Positions 13,102 through 26,713 of a stretch of 64,000 nt of DNA are shown here, one piece after another; the stretch's first letter is position 1, and every line of letters starts with the position of its first letter. A model generated the notes under the pieces. The model had not been told where the DNA came from, searched no databases, and saw only the letters and a list, made by a program, of their open reading frames with translations. A program made the position numbers and the translations under genes. This DNA is from Neocallimastix sp. 'constans' (taxonomy: Eukaryota), in NCBI GenBank assembly GCA_050613775.1, contig JBODTK010000135.1, positions 124,001 to 188,000 on the forward strand, in the 5' to 3' direction.

Positions 13102-14603
13102 TTTTTTTTTTTTTTCTTTTTAATATAATTATAATTAACAAGAGTTTGAACTTAAAAAAAAGTATTTTCTAAAAAAAAAAAAATTAAAAAACATAAAATT
13201 TATAAAAATAATACATAAATATATTATTTCATGTGATTTATATATTATTTGTATTATTTTCATTGTAAAAAAACAATATTAATAGTTAATACGTTAACGT
13301 AGAAAATTAAAACTCTTCCAAGAAATTGCTAATATTCTATTTTTATTCTTATTTTTTATTTTTTTTTTTTATAATAATAAAAAAATGTAAAGAAATTAAT
13401 AATAAATCATATTACTATTCATTTTCGCTTTATGTAAAAAGGAATATTAATATATTTATAAATATATAAAAATATATCTATATTATTATATTTTAATTAA
13501 TTATTAATTAGTAATTAGTAATTTTTTTTTTTTTTTAAAAAAAATTTTTTTTTAAAGTTAATAGTTCAAGCTAAAATAATATAAATTTAATTATATCTTT
13601 TATAATTACCGAGTTATATGAATTTACATTTTAATTATAAAATTATATATTTGAATTACAGATATTGTAAGGGATAAAAAAAAAAAAAACTGTACGAAAT
13701 ATTTTTTTTTTTTTTAAAATTTTATTTTATTTTTTTTTTTTTTTTTTTTTTTTTGATATAAACTTTTTTAAATACACTTTAAAATATATTGAAAAGCTTA
13801 ATCATATATATTTTTCCTATATAGCTGATATTTATTATAATAAATAATTAAAATTATATTAATAATATTGATATTAATGGTTAATAGTATTAACAAAAAA
13901 AGAAATAAAAACACGTAGTTTTTTTTATTAGTATATAATTAAAATTATATAATATTGAAATATAATTTTAATTATATACTAATAAAACTACATAATTAAC
14001 AATTATTAAAATAATTATTAAAATTAATACAATAATTATTTAATAATTGAATTATGTACAAATTATAATACTTATTCATTTTTTTTTTTTTTTTATATTT
14101 TGCTTTATATATATTTTTTTAAAAAATAGTTTTAAATATTTTTATAAATAATTTTTTTTTTAAACAAAAAATAATTTAAATAAAATACAAATATATATAT
14201 GATATTTATTAAATATTAATAATAATAATAAATATTGTACAAGAAATGAAATAATTTTTTTTATAAATATTATTTTATGCTTATTAGATGAAATTACTAT
14301 CGAGTTTTAAAGCACTCATTTAATTTAATACATAGTTAATAAATATATATAAATAATAATATTTAATTATAAAATATTGAGTAATGCTTTAAAAAATACA
14401 AAATTTTGACTTAATTTATATAAATTTTTTTGAGAAATTTATTTTTCCTATGTAATAATTAATAAATAATATCTATATTTGAATAATATATTTATTCTAA
14501 AAATTAATATAATAATAATAATAAGTAAATATTTTTTTTATCAATGATTACTTAATATTTTTATTAAGAAATATTAAATTGTACTATTATTTTTATTTAT
14601 AAA

Positions 14604-14634
<31 letters not shown>

Positions 14635-14845
14635 TTAAAAAGGTATAATAATAATTTTTTTTTTTTTTTATTTTTATTTTTAGTAAATATATTATAAAAA
14701 TATATTTATTCTAAATTAATAATGTTCTTTTAAATATATTTAAAATATTATATAATAATGCTTAAATAATTATTATATACAACAGAATTTTTTTCCCATT
14801 TATGAAAACTATTTATATATTAAATAAAAATTTAAAAACCATATC

Positions 14846-17800
14846 ATGGAATCGTCAAATGAAACTAATGTTGTAAATGTTTTAACATGGATATTTGATG
14901 AATTAGATACTCAAAAATTCGGAATTAAAAAAAATCAACATTTCAATTACTTCGATGATTCGGATGAAAATATTAAAAAAATTAATCATTTCTATTTATC
15001 TATTAGACCTTTTGATGTAAATAATAGTAATAAGAGTATTAATGAAGATGAGAGTGGTGAATTTAAAGCTATTGGGGGTAGTAAAAAAAATGAAACTAAG
15101 AAAGTTCATCCTAATCAAGGTGAGACTGGCGATTTGAAGGAATTAGCAAAAAATAAATCAACTCCAACAATAGAAGTAAAGGAAAATAATGCTGATCTTC
15201 CAATAAAATCAAACAAATTACCATCGTTGGAATCACTGGAAGGAAAAGATGAACTTAAGTCAAAATCCATTAATTTTGAAAATTTTAATGCTAATATTTC
15301 TTTGAATCCAGAAGATAATAATCAATTAATGTATAATCCCAAGGAATTACGAAAATTAAAATCCGATTGTCAAATCTATTTTAAAAGAAATGATTCAACT
15401 TCATCATCAAAAAAAAAATTATCTCGATCTTTAAGTACTTCAGATTTAACACAACCTGTTTCAATTTCTCTTAAAGTAAAACTTAAAAAATTTACTAAAG
15501 AAAAACTTAATCCTTTCTTTAATTCTTCAAATAGAAGTCTTTTTAATTCTAATGTATTATCAAATGAAGATGGTAAATATAAATTAATAAACATAAATAT
15601 TGTTAATAAAAATTAAATTTATTAATTAAATTAATATACTAAGATAGATAATATATATTAGATTAATTCAACTTTCAATATTCTAATTTTATTTTAATTG
15701 CTATGATTTTATATAATTAAAAAATAAAAAATATATATATTAATTATTTTTTTTTTTTTTAAAAAAATAAAGATATTTTAACAGATGAGTTCCCAGATAA
15801 TAAATTAATGAAAAATGAAGAAGATGAAGATAACATATTAGAAGAAAATCTTGAAGAGAATAAAGAAGAATTAATTAATAATAATAAAATTAATAATAGT
15901 ATTAAAAATACAGATTTAATTTTAGAAAAAATGATGGATGAAAAACCAAATCAGAATAATGATTATACAAATACTCCAGAGAATAATTCGAAAAAGGACA
16001 TAAAACTAGATAAATCTAATACTTCTTCTATTAATAACAGTAATACCTTAAGTACTGAAAGTATTATTAAATTATCACTCGAATCCGTTATAGCAAATAA
16101 AGATATAAAAATGTCACAAGATGATTTATCACTATTAGAAAAAAAGAAAGCTGAAAAAGAAAATGAAAGTGCATATACTCTTAATGAATATGGTCAATCA
16201 TTATTTAGATTACGTTATTATCTTCTCCAATTAAAATATCTTATTGATTGTAATAAAGAATTAGAACAAATTGTATTTTATAAATTAGCACTAAGCCAAT
16301 ATCCAGATAGTAATTCAGTAAGAACTTGGTTAAAGCGTCGTATTACAAGAGAGCCGTTAGTTCATGGATACTGCTTACCTCCATTTATAATAATTGACGA
16401 AGAAGCAATAACGAATGGCATGTTTAATCGTCCTTTGAAGAATAAAATTTTTCATTCGCTCTCATTAGATAAAAAATATCAAGTAGTGGAGCCATTACGT
16501 TATGAATTTAACAGAAAAGTTATGGGTACCAGTGAGCATAAATCCTTAGTTAATTGTAATTCTAATTTAAAATATTGTCAAATGAAGCAACGTAGTGATA
16601 TTGTATTACGTACAATATTCATTAAACGTTTATTCCAAAAAGCACCTGATACGAAACGCTTAATTGGTAATGAAAGATTCCAATCCTTAAAAGAAAAGGC
16701 GTTAATTAATCTTCAACCTCGCCTCAGTAAACATTATAGGACAGAAAAAAATATAAGCAATTCAATGATATCTATTAAACTAAAAACAAATAAAAAGAAA
16801 GGAATTTATTTGCAACATCATTCTAAAAAAGCAAGCTATGACTTCTCCTCAAGAAATGGAAGACCTACTACTAATAATAATAGTTTATCACCTAAACCAA
16901 TAGATACTATTAATAGTAATTTACATGGTTCAACTTATAATAAATTATATGAAAAAAGTAAATCGTTCCAAAACATATTTTCTTCAAATAGTCCGTCTAA
17001 ATTAAGAAATTGCCATACTTTAACCGAATCAAATCATAAATACTCTTACTCTCAACCTCTTACTCATATTATATTTAATAAACAAAATAATCAATACAGT
17101 ATTGAACCTCTACCCTCTATAAATTCTTCTCAACGACTTTTCACGAAAGAAAAATCTTTCTTCTCTAAATATATTTTCCCTAGTAATGCAAACATTGTTA
17201 ATGGATCATTGAATCATAATATCAATAAAAGTAATAGTAATATGATGATGAATAATATTGGAAATGGAAACATCATTAATAATAATAATGTTAAAGTTTT
17301 ATCAAATATGAACGGTAGTAATATAAATATTAATAATATAAATAATAATATTAGAAATAATAGAAACATCGTGATGAGTGACATGACACTTAATACTAAC
17401 AACTCAGTAGGTATGAATATGAATAGAAGTAGTTCAAACATCAATAATAACATAAGTTCATACGGTTATAGAAAGCATAGCCATATTAGTAGTATAAGCA
17501 GTATTAAAGAAATAACTAATAATAGCAATTGTTATAATATTGATAATGTAAAGAGTTCAATTGAAACAGTATCAAAGGCTAAACTTAATATCGTAAGAAA
17601 TCTTAATTCAAATGGAAATATTGACGCTTCCATGAAAAATCAACATATACCACATGATATTGCAAATTCTAATAGAAAATTAATAAATATACAATCACAA
17701 AAATCTCTTAATGCATTTAAAGATTCTGATAATATGGATAACAATTTTAATCAATCCGATATTATTAATAATTACAGTGATCAAGACTCAGTATATTCTT

Positions 17801-18484
17801 TATCATCTAATTATTATGAGAATGATAATTCTTCTAAAAAAGGTAATAATAGTAATTTTAATATATATAAAAACAATAAAAATTATAATAATAAAAATAA
17901 TTGTAATATTAATAATTATAATAATAAAATTATTATATTTATTAAAAATAATTTAATATTTCTATTTTAAAGATAATAATGAAAATAATGAAAATAATGA
18001 AAATAATAAAAGTAATGAAAATAATGAAAATAATGAAAATAATATTGCTGCAGACTCAAACAAAACTCTTGTGGTTTATCAACAGAATAATAAAAAAGGA
18101 AACATCTTTAAAAAAGTACTAGTATTAATAAAACCAAAGAAACAATCCGATAAAAAGAAAAAATCTAGTAAAAATAATTCTAAGCGTAAAGATAACAAGG
18201 ATAAATTAAACGTTAATTCTGATAATATTGTGGATTCTGAGGAAACTATTAATAATTCTATAGAAATTTCAAGATCATATCCTAGTACATCAATAAGTAA
18301 CAGCAATTTCTCAATGAATGGTAATAATAATTATAGTAGTGATGATACCATTCATACAAATAGTAGATCAATTCAAAATATTAAAAAAGTAGCTATTGAA
18401 AAAGATGAAGATATTAAGAAAAAGAAAAATTCTAAATGGCATATTCAACTATTTAAACATTCAAAGAGTAAAGTCAAAAATTGA
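14846..18484 (+). CDS. Hypothetical Asn/Ser/Lys-rich protein, 3 exons
   Basis: Exons 14846-15572, 15773-17842 and 17973-18484 are joined in frame by two phase-1 GT-AG introns. There is a non-repetitive core at ~16170-16740 but no recognised domain. Confidence 0.75.
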
Positions 18485-19359
18485 AAGGCTTATTTATTTA
18501 AGAATAAAAAAAAGTGATAGGGAAATTTTTAAATATAAATAATATAATATCAAAAATAAAACTTTTTTTTTAAAAAAAAATATTATTAATTAAATTTAAT
18601 GTATTATTATATGAAATATTAATATATTAAAGTATAGTATATAAAATTACTTACATAGTATAAAAAAATAAAAGCAAAAAAAACTATTTATTATTAATTA
18701 TTCCTATTATTATCATTACAAATAAATTATATTATAATTTCAACTAATATATATGAAAATAGAAATTTTAGAAATTTAATTTTTTTGCTATATCACATAA
18801 TAAGTAAATATATTAATAAAATTATTTATATAGCTTAATATTGTACTATAGTTGCTATTTTTATTTATTTATTTATTGAAATTTTTTTGTTTAAACAGTA
18901 GTAATAATTTATCTTAATTATATTTTCGTTATATAAATAAATAGTGTAAGGCTAATAATATATAACTGAGAAACTATTAATATTAATAGTTTTTAATATA
19001 TAAATCTGACATTCTGAAATTTTAATATAAATTATGAAATTATTATAAGTATCCAATATTGATGTTAAAAATGTAATAAAATGTAATAAAGAAAGTGACT
19101 AATTATTAATAATTTCATATTTTTGATGATTTCTTTTTCTCTTAATTAAAATTTGTTTTTAAAACAAAATATATACATAGATTATTAAATATTTTTCCAG
19201 AAATATTAAATTAGAAACGCTTAATTTTATTAAAAAATCATTTATATATTTATAAATTTTAAAATACGGCTATAAATGAGTTTTTAAAAAATTATACTAA
19301 AATTTTGTTTAAATATATTTTTTGTTTCATTTATTAAATAATCTTGTTTATATTCATCA

Positions 19360-19640
19360 AAGTAAACAGAAAGAATTATTACAGAGAAACTTGTGTATAA
19401 AAATGTATAGCATTTGAAACAACACTTTTTTTGCTTGAATTTTTAAAATATTACCAGTAAAAAGTTTTTGATTCTTTAGATTTATGAAATTATCAAAACT
19501 AATTATTCCTTTCTTTTATTTGTTTATTTTATTTTATTTTATTTTTTATTTCATTTTATTTTATTCACTCCGTATTTTTTTTCGCATATATTCTACTATC
19601 TATTTTATTTTATTCAATCTATACTTTTCTTATTTAATAT
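19360..19640 (-). repeat. Diverged inverted copy of the dispersed repeat whose satellite is expanded at 36.8-38.2 kb
   Basis: tattctactat...ttttattttattcaatct is the reverse complement of the AGATTGAATAAAATAAAAT..ATAGTAGAATA unit. The flank tcaaatgctatacattttt (minus strand) resembles tcaattgctataacgttttt at ~38160. Confidence 0.55.
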
Positions 19641-20359
19641 TATACTTTTAATTTTCATATTTATCAAATATATAAATAGAATTATTTATTTATTTTCTGT
19701 ATTTTTATTATGTTTAATTATTGTAATTGTAAATTTTTAAAGATTTTTATATTTTATCAAATATAATCATTGTATATACATTTCATTTATCTAATTATTA
19801 CTTCTTTATTTTTTTATTTTTTAATTATAATAAATATTCTTTTAATCATAATAGAACATATTATTTTTTAAATATTTAAACTTGATACCTATATAATTTT
19901 TTATACTTTATTAGAAGGTATAAAAAATAAAAGTAAAAATAATGAAAATTAAAATAAAATAATAAAATAATAATATATAAATATATATATTAAAATTTAT
20001 CAATAAAAAAAAAATTTCTTTGAAATTTAAGAATGCTAATCTGTAGAAGATATTAAATTGTTTTTTTTTTTTTTTTTTGTTATATTAAAATAATAACTTT
20101 TAATTTTAAAAAAGTATTTAGTAATATATACATATATATAATAGGTTACTTTATAAGGTAATTATTTTTATTTTAAATTAAATATAATTATCAATATATA
20201 TATATAAATATATATATATTGATAATGGTGATATTTATGTATTTTAAGAGAGAAAAAATAAAAATACTAAAGATGAAAACAATAAATATTTCTATTTAAA
20301 TAAAAAGAATTTATTGATGATGTTTTTATAATATAAACTTTTTGCTTTCTTCCTCAAAA

Positions 20360-23140
20360 TTATATTTTTTCCATGGTTTCCAATATATAACACTTAGAGC
20401 AATTCTTGCTGCCTTTAAAATTAATTCTGATTTAGATGAAGTTGCTAATCGTTTTATCTGTTTTTTTTTTTTTAAAAAAAAAAGAAATTTTTTATGTATT
20501 TAAAATTAAATATATTATGAATAATTTTTTACAAAGTATATATTTATATATAAATTATTAATATAAATTATATTATATTAAATAATATATATTTTATTTT
20601 TTCTAATTTCATTATAAAATACCTTTGTTGAACAGTTCAATTCTATTATTTCTCTTCCGACTGGATCTTCTGAGCAATTTGTTAATATCTTTTTATAAAT
20701 AAATTAATTGATGAAATTTTAATAAATTAAAATAATAATAATAATATTATTATTATTATTGTTATTTAAGAAATTTAACGTATTATTTGTCATATATTAA
20801 ATTATTGATTTAATAATTATATATACTTTAATTAATGATAATTGGAATGATGGGTCACTGTCATCATTTAACATCCATATAATAGAGTGAAGACCATTTC
20901 TATTAAGTTTCTTTTTTGCATCACAATTTAGAGTAATCCTAATTTTATTATAATTAAAATATTTATTAGTTAAATATAGATATATAAATGATTATTAATA
21001 TCTATTTAATATAACAATAAATTTATTAAAAACAGTAATATTTTTATTTTTGTTATAAATATATATATTATTTAATAACATACCACATTAATGCACTAGC
21101 AGCTTCTCTTTTCAACTCTTGAGAAGAAATAACCATTAATTGAACAAAAATATCAATAAGTTCATATTTACAAGCTAATTCTTTTCCTTCTTCATAATAA
21201 CTATAATAAATTATTTATACATAATTATATATTTTTGTTAATATAAATGTAAAATTTAATAATTATATCAACTTGTTTTGGATAAAAAAATATTTTATTG
21301 ATTGAAACCTTTATTTTATATTTAAAAATTATTTATCTATAAATATATATAATTTTTATTTTACCATAAAGCCTGTACACATTTTGATGTTGCTATTTTA
21401 ACTTGTTCAGTATTCATTCCAGATAATAAAAGATTTTTAAAGAATATAATAATATTTAATTTAATTGCTGTAGCAGGCATTATTTTAGGTTTTCCATATC
21501 GTATACATCTTGCAATAATTTCTAATATAATAGATTTTAAATTCATTTTTTCATCCTCAATTAATTTTACTAATCTATTAAATAAAAATAGACTTAATAC
21601 AGCATCAACACCTATTATAATATTTAATAATTTTTATATTAATATTAAAAACACCATATATAAAAATATTACTAAATTTTATAGTAAATATTTTTTAATT
21701 GTATAAGAAAACATTATGTAGAAATAATTTTATTCTAACTTTTTATAAAAAAAAAAAAAAAATAAAAATAATAAAAACTGTTGTAAATATTTACCATCTT
21801 GATGTTCACATAATTTTAAAAAAGTATTATAAGTATTTTTTCTTACAATATCATCAGTATCATAAAAACTAGTTGATAATGTATTTATTATACTTAATTT
21901 TTCTAATAATCTTTGTCTACCATATATATGAGCTTTTTATTATATATAAAAAAAAAAAAAAATTCAATTTGTGTTTATTAATAATATGAATTGTGTATAT
22001 ATTATAATATTTACTTGAAAATAAATAAAGTAATTCCGTAACTTTTTGTCTAACTAAAACTCTTTCATCATGAATCAATTTTATTGATATATTAAGAACA
22101 TCTATTTATAATATTATTGTTTTTAATGTTATGATTAATTTAATTAAATAGATAATAGTTTATATATATGATAAAATATTAATTTATATATATAGAAATT
22201 TATAAAAAATATGTCGATAATATATAAATATTAATTTTACCTTCAACAAAACCAAGATAGATATTTTCAGGTTTATGAAACATTTGACATAAAATAATTA
22301 ATGCTTTTTGACAAATAACATCATCTTTACTTTGAATCTGGCTAACCTATTATATTATTAATTATTGTTAATTTTAGCATTGTTTTATTGATATATAAAT
22401 TATAAAATATTAATTAAAAAAATTATCAAAAAATAATGAAAAAAAAAAAAAAAAAAAAAAAAGAAAGTAAGAGAAAAAAAAATAAATATTAATATGAACT
22501 TTTTTATTCTTAATCTCTTAAAGTATAAATAAATTATATTTTCATTAATTACATACCAATTGAGGAATTCCATCTCTTTCATATGCAACATCTGTTTTAT
22601 TTGGTAATAAACGATCAGGAACAACTGGATATTCTAAGCCTTCCTTCAAAAATTTATTATAATTTTCATGCTTTGGACTAATTAAATATTGAAATCTTAT
22701 ATTTTTAAATTTTTCTAAATATTTTAGCCTAGATAGTTCTCTTTTTTTCTCGTTCTTTATTCTTTCTTTTATATCTTCAATATCTTCCTTTTTTGTTATT
22801 ATATAATTTTCTTGGATTTCCTTCCCTAATCTTTTTTGATTTTTTATTTGAGTATTCTTTTTATCAATAACTCCTTCCTTTTTTTCTTCTTCTGGATTTA
22901 AATCCAAATTCATTCCATCATTACTAAAAAAGGAATCGTTTTTATTTAGTTTTTCATCTTTTTAAATATTTAATAATTAAATTTAACAATTTTAAAAATT
23001 ACCATTTTATTAATTATAGGAAACTAAACATTAATTAAATAAAAAATTCAATATATAATATTACCATTTAAATTATCATTTAACCCATTATTAATGGTTA
23101 ATTGGTCTTTTTCTTCTGGATTTAAACTAGTATTACTCAT
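20360..23140 (-). CDS. RSPH14: Radial spoke head protein 14 (RSPH14/RTDR1), multi-exon ARM-repeat flagellar protein
   Basis: Exons translate to ...KTDVAYERDGIPQL|VSQIQSKDDVICQKALIILCQMFHKPENIYLGFVE... and a C-terminus IKRLATSSKSELILKAARIALSVIYWKPWKKI*. These match recalled RSPH14 motifs (AYG..ALPKL...QKAL..LC..MH.PE; AAQIAI.VI.WKP). ATG at 23140, stop at 20360-20362. Not all internal junctions were resolved. Confidence 0.8.
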
Positions 23141-23618
23141 TTTTTTTCTGTAATTTCATTCAAATTTATATAGAGAAAAATATATGAAATAACTATAATT
23201 CCACTAATTATATAAATAATTTTATTTTTTAAAAAAATATATAACTAAAAAAATATAACTAAAAGAATAAAATTAAAATAATAAAATTAAAAGAATAAAA
23301 TAAAAAAAAAAATAAAATTAAAGAAATAAAATTTAAAAATAAAAAATCAAAAAATCAAAAAAAAATCAATATAAAATAATTCCTCGACAGGATTATTAAG
23401 TGTTTAAAACACACTATTAAAAATTTAAAAATCATAAAATAAACTTTAACTTTATCAATGAATTTTAATTTTTTATAAGTTAAAAAAATTTCCTATAAGA
23501 AAAAAAAAAAATAAACTTTAATTTTAATTTCAATATTTTAAATCATAAAATAATTATTTTTTTTTTTTTTTTTTTTTTGTTTAAAAATTCATAAAAATAC
23601 ATAAAATTAATTATTATA

Positions 23619-23942
23619 TGTTAAAAATAAAGTTTAATATTTTAATTAAGTCTTGTATAATTAAGATTTACTTATTTATTAAATTAAATATGTTTTTCAT
23701 TATTTTGTATAATGTAAAATATTATGAGGCGTATTAATGATGTACATCATATATTTACAATTATAACTAATATAGTTAAATTAAATTTTATTAATGTATA
23801 TACATTTAAGGATTATGATAATTAATCCTATAATATAAAATATTACTAAAAATATATAGTTATTAAAATAATAATAAAAATAATAAAAATAAATAAAGTG
23901 ATCACATATCAAAAACTAAAATTTAATAACATAATATTCAAA
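23619..23942 (+). repeat. 5' LTR (324 bp, TG...AA)
   Basis: tgttaaaaataaag...cataatattcaaa, identical to the 3' copy. Confidence 0.95.
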
Positions 23943-23956
23943 GATTAAGAGTCTCA
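23943..23956 (+). promoter_or_regulatory. Primer-binding site complementary to the anticodon arm of tRNA-Lys(CUU)
   Basis: GATTAAGAGTCTCA is the reverse complement of TGAGACTCTTAATC, recalled from eukaryotic tRNA-Lys-CTT. It directly abuts the LTR. Confidence 0.85.
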
Positions 23957-24091
23957 AATTAGCTCCAGCATATAAAAGCTAGTTTATAAATCTCAAAAAT
24001 AAATTACATTATAATAAAACAAAAAGAAATTGAAATTTCGAAATCTCAAAATTCAATTTAATTAAATCTTAATTTTTAAAATTCTAAAACA

Positions 24092-25141
24092 ATGGAAGAT
24101 AAAGCGTTCAACATTTTAAGTAATAAAAAACTTACCGTGGAAACCTATCCACTTTGGGCTTCAGATATGGATCTAATATTAACTGCTAATGAATTAGATC
24201 AATATATCTACGAAGATAATATGAAGAAAATTGCCAACAACGCTGAAAATTTCGAATCCTTAAAGGGTATGAAAATTAGAGGAACTGATACTTATTACCA
24301 TAAATCAGTCACAACGAAAATGATAGTTGGTGACAGCAAAGCAAAAAGATATATTAGTATGAATTTAGAAAACGAAATTAAATTAAGTATAGATTTCAAG
24401 AATAGTTCCGCATACGACATATGGAAATTGCTAAAGAAAACTTTTACCAAAGGTAATGAAGAAATGAAGTTACAATTAAACGAAAAGCTGGAGAACATGA
24501 CTTACGATAAATCCACAGACATAGGAATTTTTATAGCCAACATGGAAATTACCTTCGACAAATTAAAGAAACTTGGGGAAAATGTGAACGATGAAAGAAA
24601 ATTCAATTATTTATATAATGCTATCCCATCCGATATTGCCCAATTAACAAATTTACTTGGTTTTCAGAATGATTGGAATGGATGTTGTAATATGCTAAAA
24701 ACATCAATTCCAAGAATAAAATTTTTGAATACTTTAAAAATTAAACAAGAAAAGGCTAAGGTATTCAATAATGAAGTAAGAATTAATGAAAGTAACAGTA
24801 GAAATAAACAAAATAGAAAGCGCAGTAAAAGAAATATCAGATGTCATAATTGTGGCGGATTTGGTCATATATCACGTGAGTGTCTCAAAAATGGAAGAAT
24901 ACACGGAGGTGTGGTGTACGATAAATACGGTAAAGCACATTATAAAGGAAAAAAGATAAAACATCAAAAACATGCCGATAATGTAGAAATAAATGACCAA
25001 GAAGAAGAATCAGATAGATATGTTGATATTTACAGTAATGCATTAAATATGGATTATAATGATGAAAGGGAAGAAGGTCAATCTAACTGTGTTACAACAG
25101 AAAACACAGAGAATAAAAACAATATTAAAAATTTTCATTAA
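24092..25141 (+). CDS. gag: Copia Gag (Retrotran_gag_2-like region plus CCHC zinc knuckle)
   Basis: YPLWASDM..., SAYDIWKLLKKTF, zinc knuckle CHNCGGFGHISREC. Confidence 0.92.
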   Translation: MEDKAFNILSNKKLTVETYPLWASDMDLILTANELDQYIYEDNMKKIANNAENFESLKGMKIRGTDTYYHKSVTTKMIVGDSKAKRYISMNLENEIKLSIDFKNSSAYDIWKLLKKTFTKGNEEMKLQLNEKLENMTYDKSTDIGIFIANMEITFDKLKKLGENVNDERKFNYLYNAIPSDIAQLTNLLGFQNDWNGCCNMLKTSIPRIKFLNTLKIKQEKAKVFNNEVRINESNSRNKQNRKRSKRNIRCHNCGGFGHISRECLKNGRIHGGVVYDKYGKAHYKGKKIKHQKHADNVEINDQEEESDRYVDIYSNALNMDYNDEREEGQSNCVTTENTENKNNIKNFH

Positions 25142-26665
25142 AGCAAGATACTAGGCAGAGCTTAAGTTATTATACTGCCAAGTATGACAAAAATAATAAT
25201 AACAAAATTAATAAAACAAACAAAAATAACAACAACATTATCTTATGGACATTGGACTCTGGGGCGTCATATCACATGACCCATGATAAAAACATTTTAA
25301 CAAATACACGTGATTTCTGTATCAATATACATTTTGCTAATGGAGGAATGGTAAAATCAAAATACATTGGTAATTATGTTGGTTTAATTAATAATCACAA
25401 AATTATTTTAAACGATGTCATTTATGTACCATCATTTAAAAGAAGTCTAATTTCCATAGATCATTTAAGCAAGGATAATTATAAAACTGTATTTTGTAAA
25501 AATAAGTACAACGATAAAAACTGCGCTATTTTATATAACAATAATGGCAAAAGGATCTATACATCTTTCTCAAATAAATCTAAAGTTTACAAAATACTAA
25601 CAAGCAAATATAAGTAATAGCTCAAATAACATTATATGTTATAGTTTACAAGATGCCTTAAACGATTCTGATATGAATCTCTGGCATAGAAGAATGGGTC
25701 ATTTTAATATTGACTCTATCAAAGATAATTTAAATAAAATAAATATAAAGCATAAGTGTAAAATTTGTTCTTGTTCGAAATTAAAGAATCTCCCTTACAA
25801 ACCATCTACTAATCATATGACAAAACCATTTGAACTTATTCACATGGATTTGGTATTTGTTCCCGACTATTCTATTTACGGGAATAAGTATTTTTTATCT
25901 ATTCTTGATGATTATTCAAGGTACAGTTGGGTCCTTTTTATAAAAAGAAAAAGTGAAACATTCAAAACTTTTATTATATGGTATAATCAAATTAAGAACT
26001 TATTTGATAATTGTAATATTAAATACATTAAAACTGATAACGGCACTGAATTTTTCAATAGCAATTTCAACGAGTTTTATGAAAGAACAGGCATAATACA
26101 TGAACATACTATTCCTCATAATCCACAACAAAATGGAAGAGTGGAAAGACTTCATGGAACATTAATATCTAATGGTGACGCTATGTTAAACGATGCAAAG
26201 CTAAATCATAAATTTTGGGAAGATGCTGTAACCACAGCAAATTATATACATAACAGGTTACCCCATAAAGGTAATAATAACAAAATACCATATGAAATTC
26301 TGTACAATGATAAAGTTGATTATAATAAATTCAGAGTTTTTGGGTGTCGTGTATATTTTTTTGTTCCAAAACAATTTAGGAAGAAGTTCTGCAATACAAC
26401 TCTCCCAGGTATTTTCCTTGGATATGATGAAATAAACCATACAGCTTATAAAATATATGACATTAAAAATAACAAAATAGTTTTAGCTCGCACTGTAGAA
26501 TTCCTCGAAGATGAACCCGCAAATATAAGTGCCCCTCTAACATCACCAGACAGTATTAATTTCACTAATTATTATGAAAATGAAGAAATAGATCATATTA
26601 ACAATGATGACAATGAAAGTAATACAAATGATAATAATAGTGAATATAATGAAATTTATAATATA

Positions 26666-26713
<48 letters not shown>

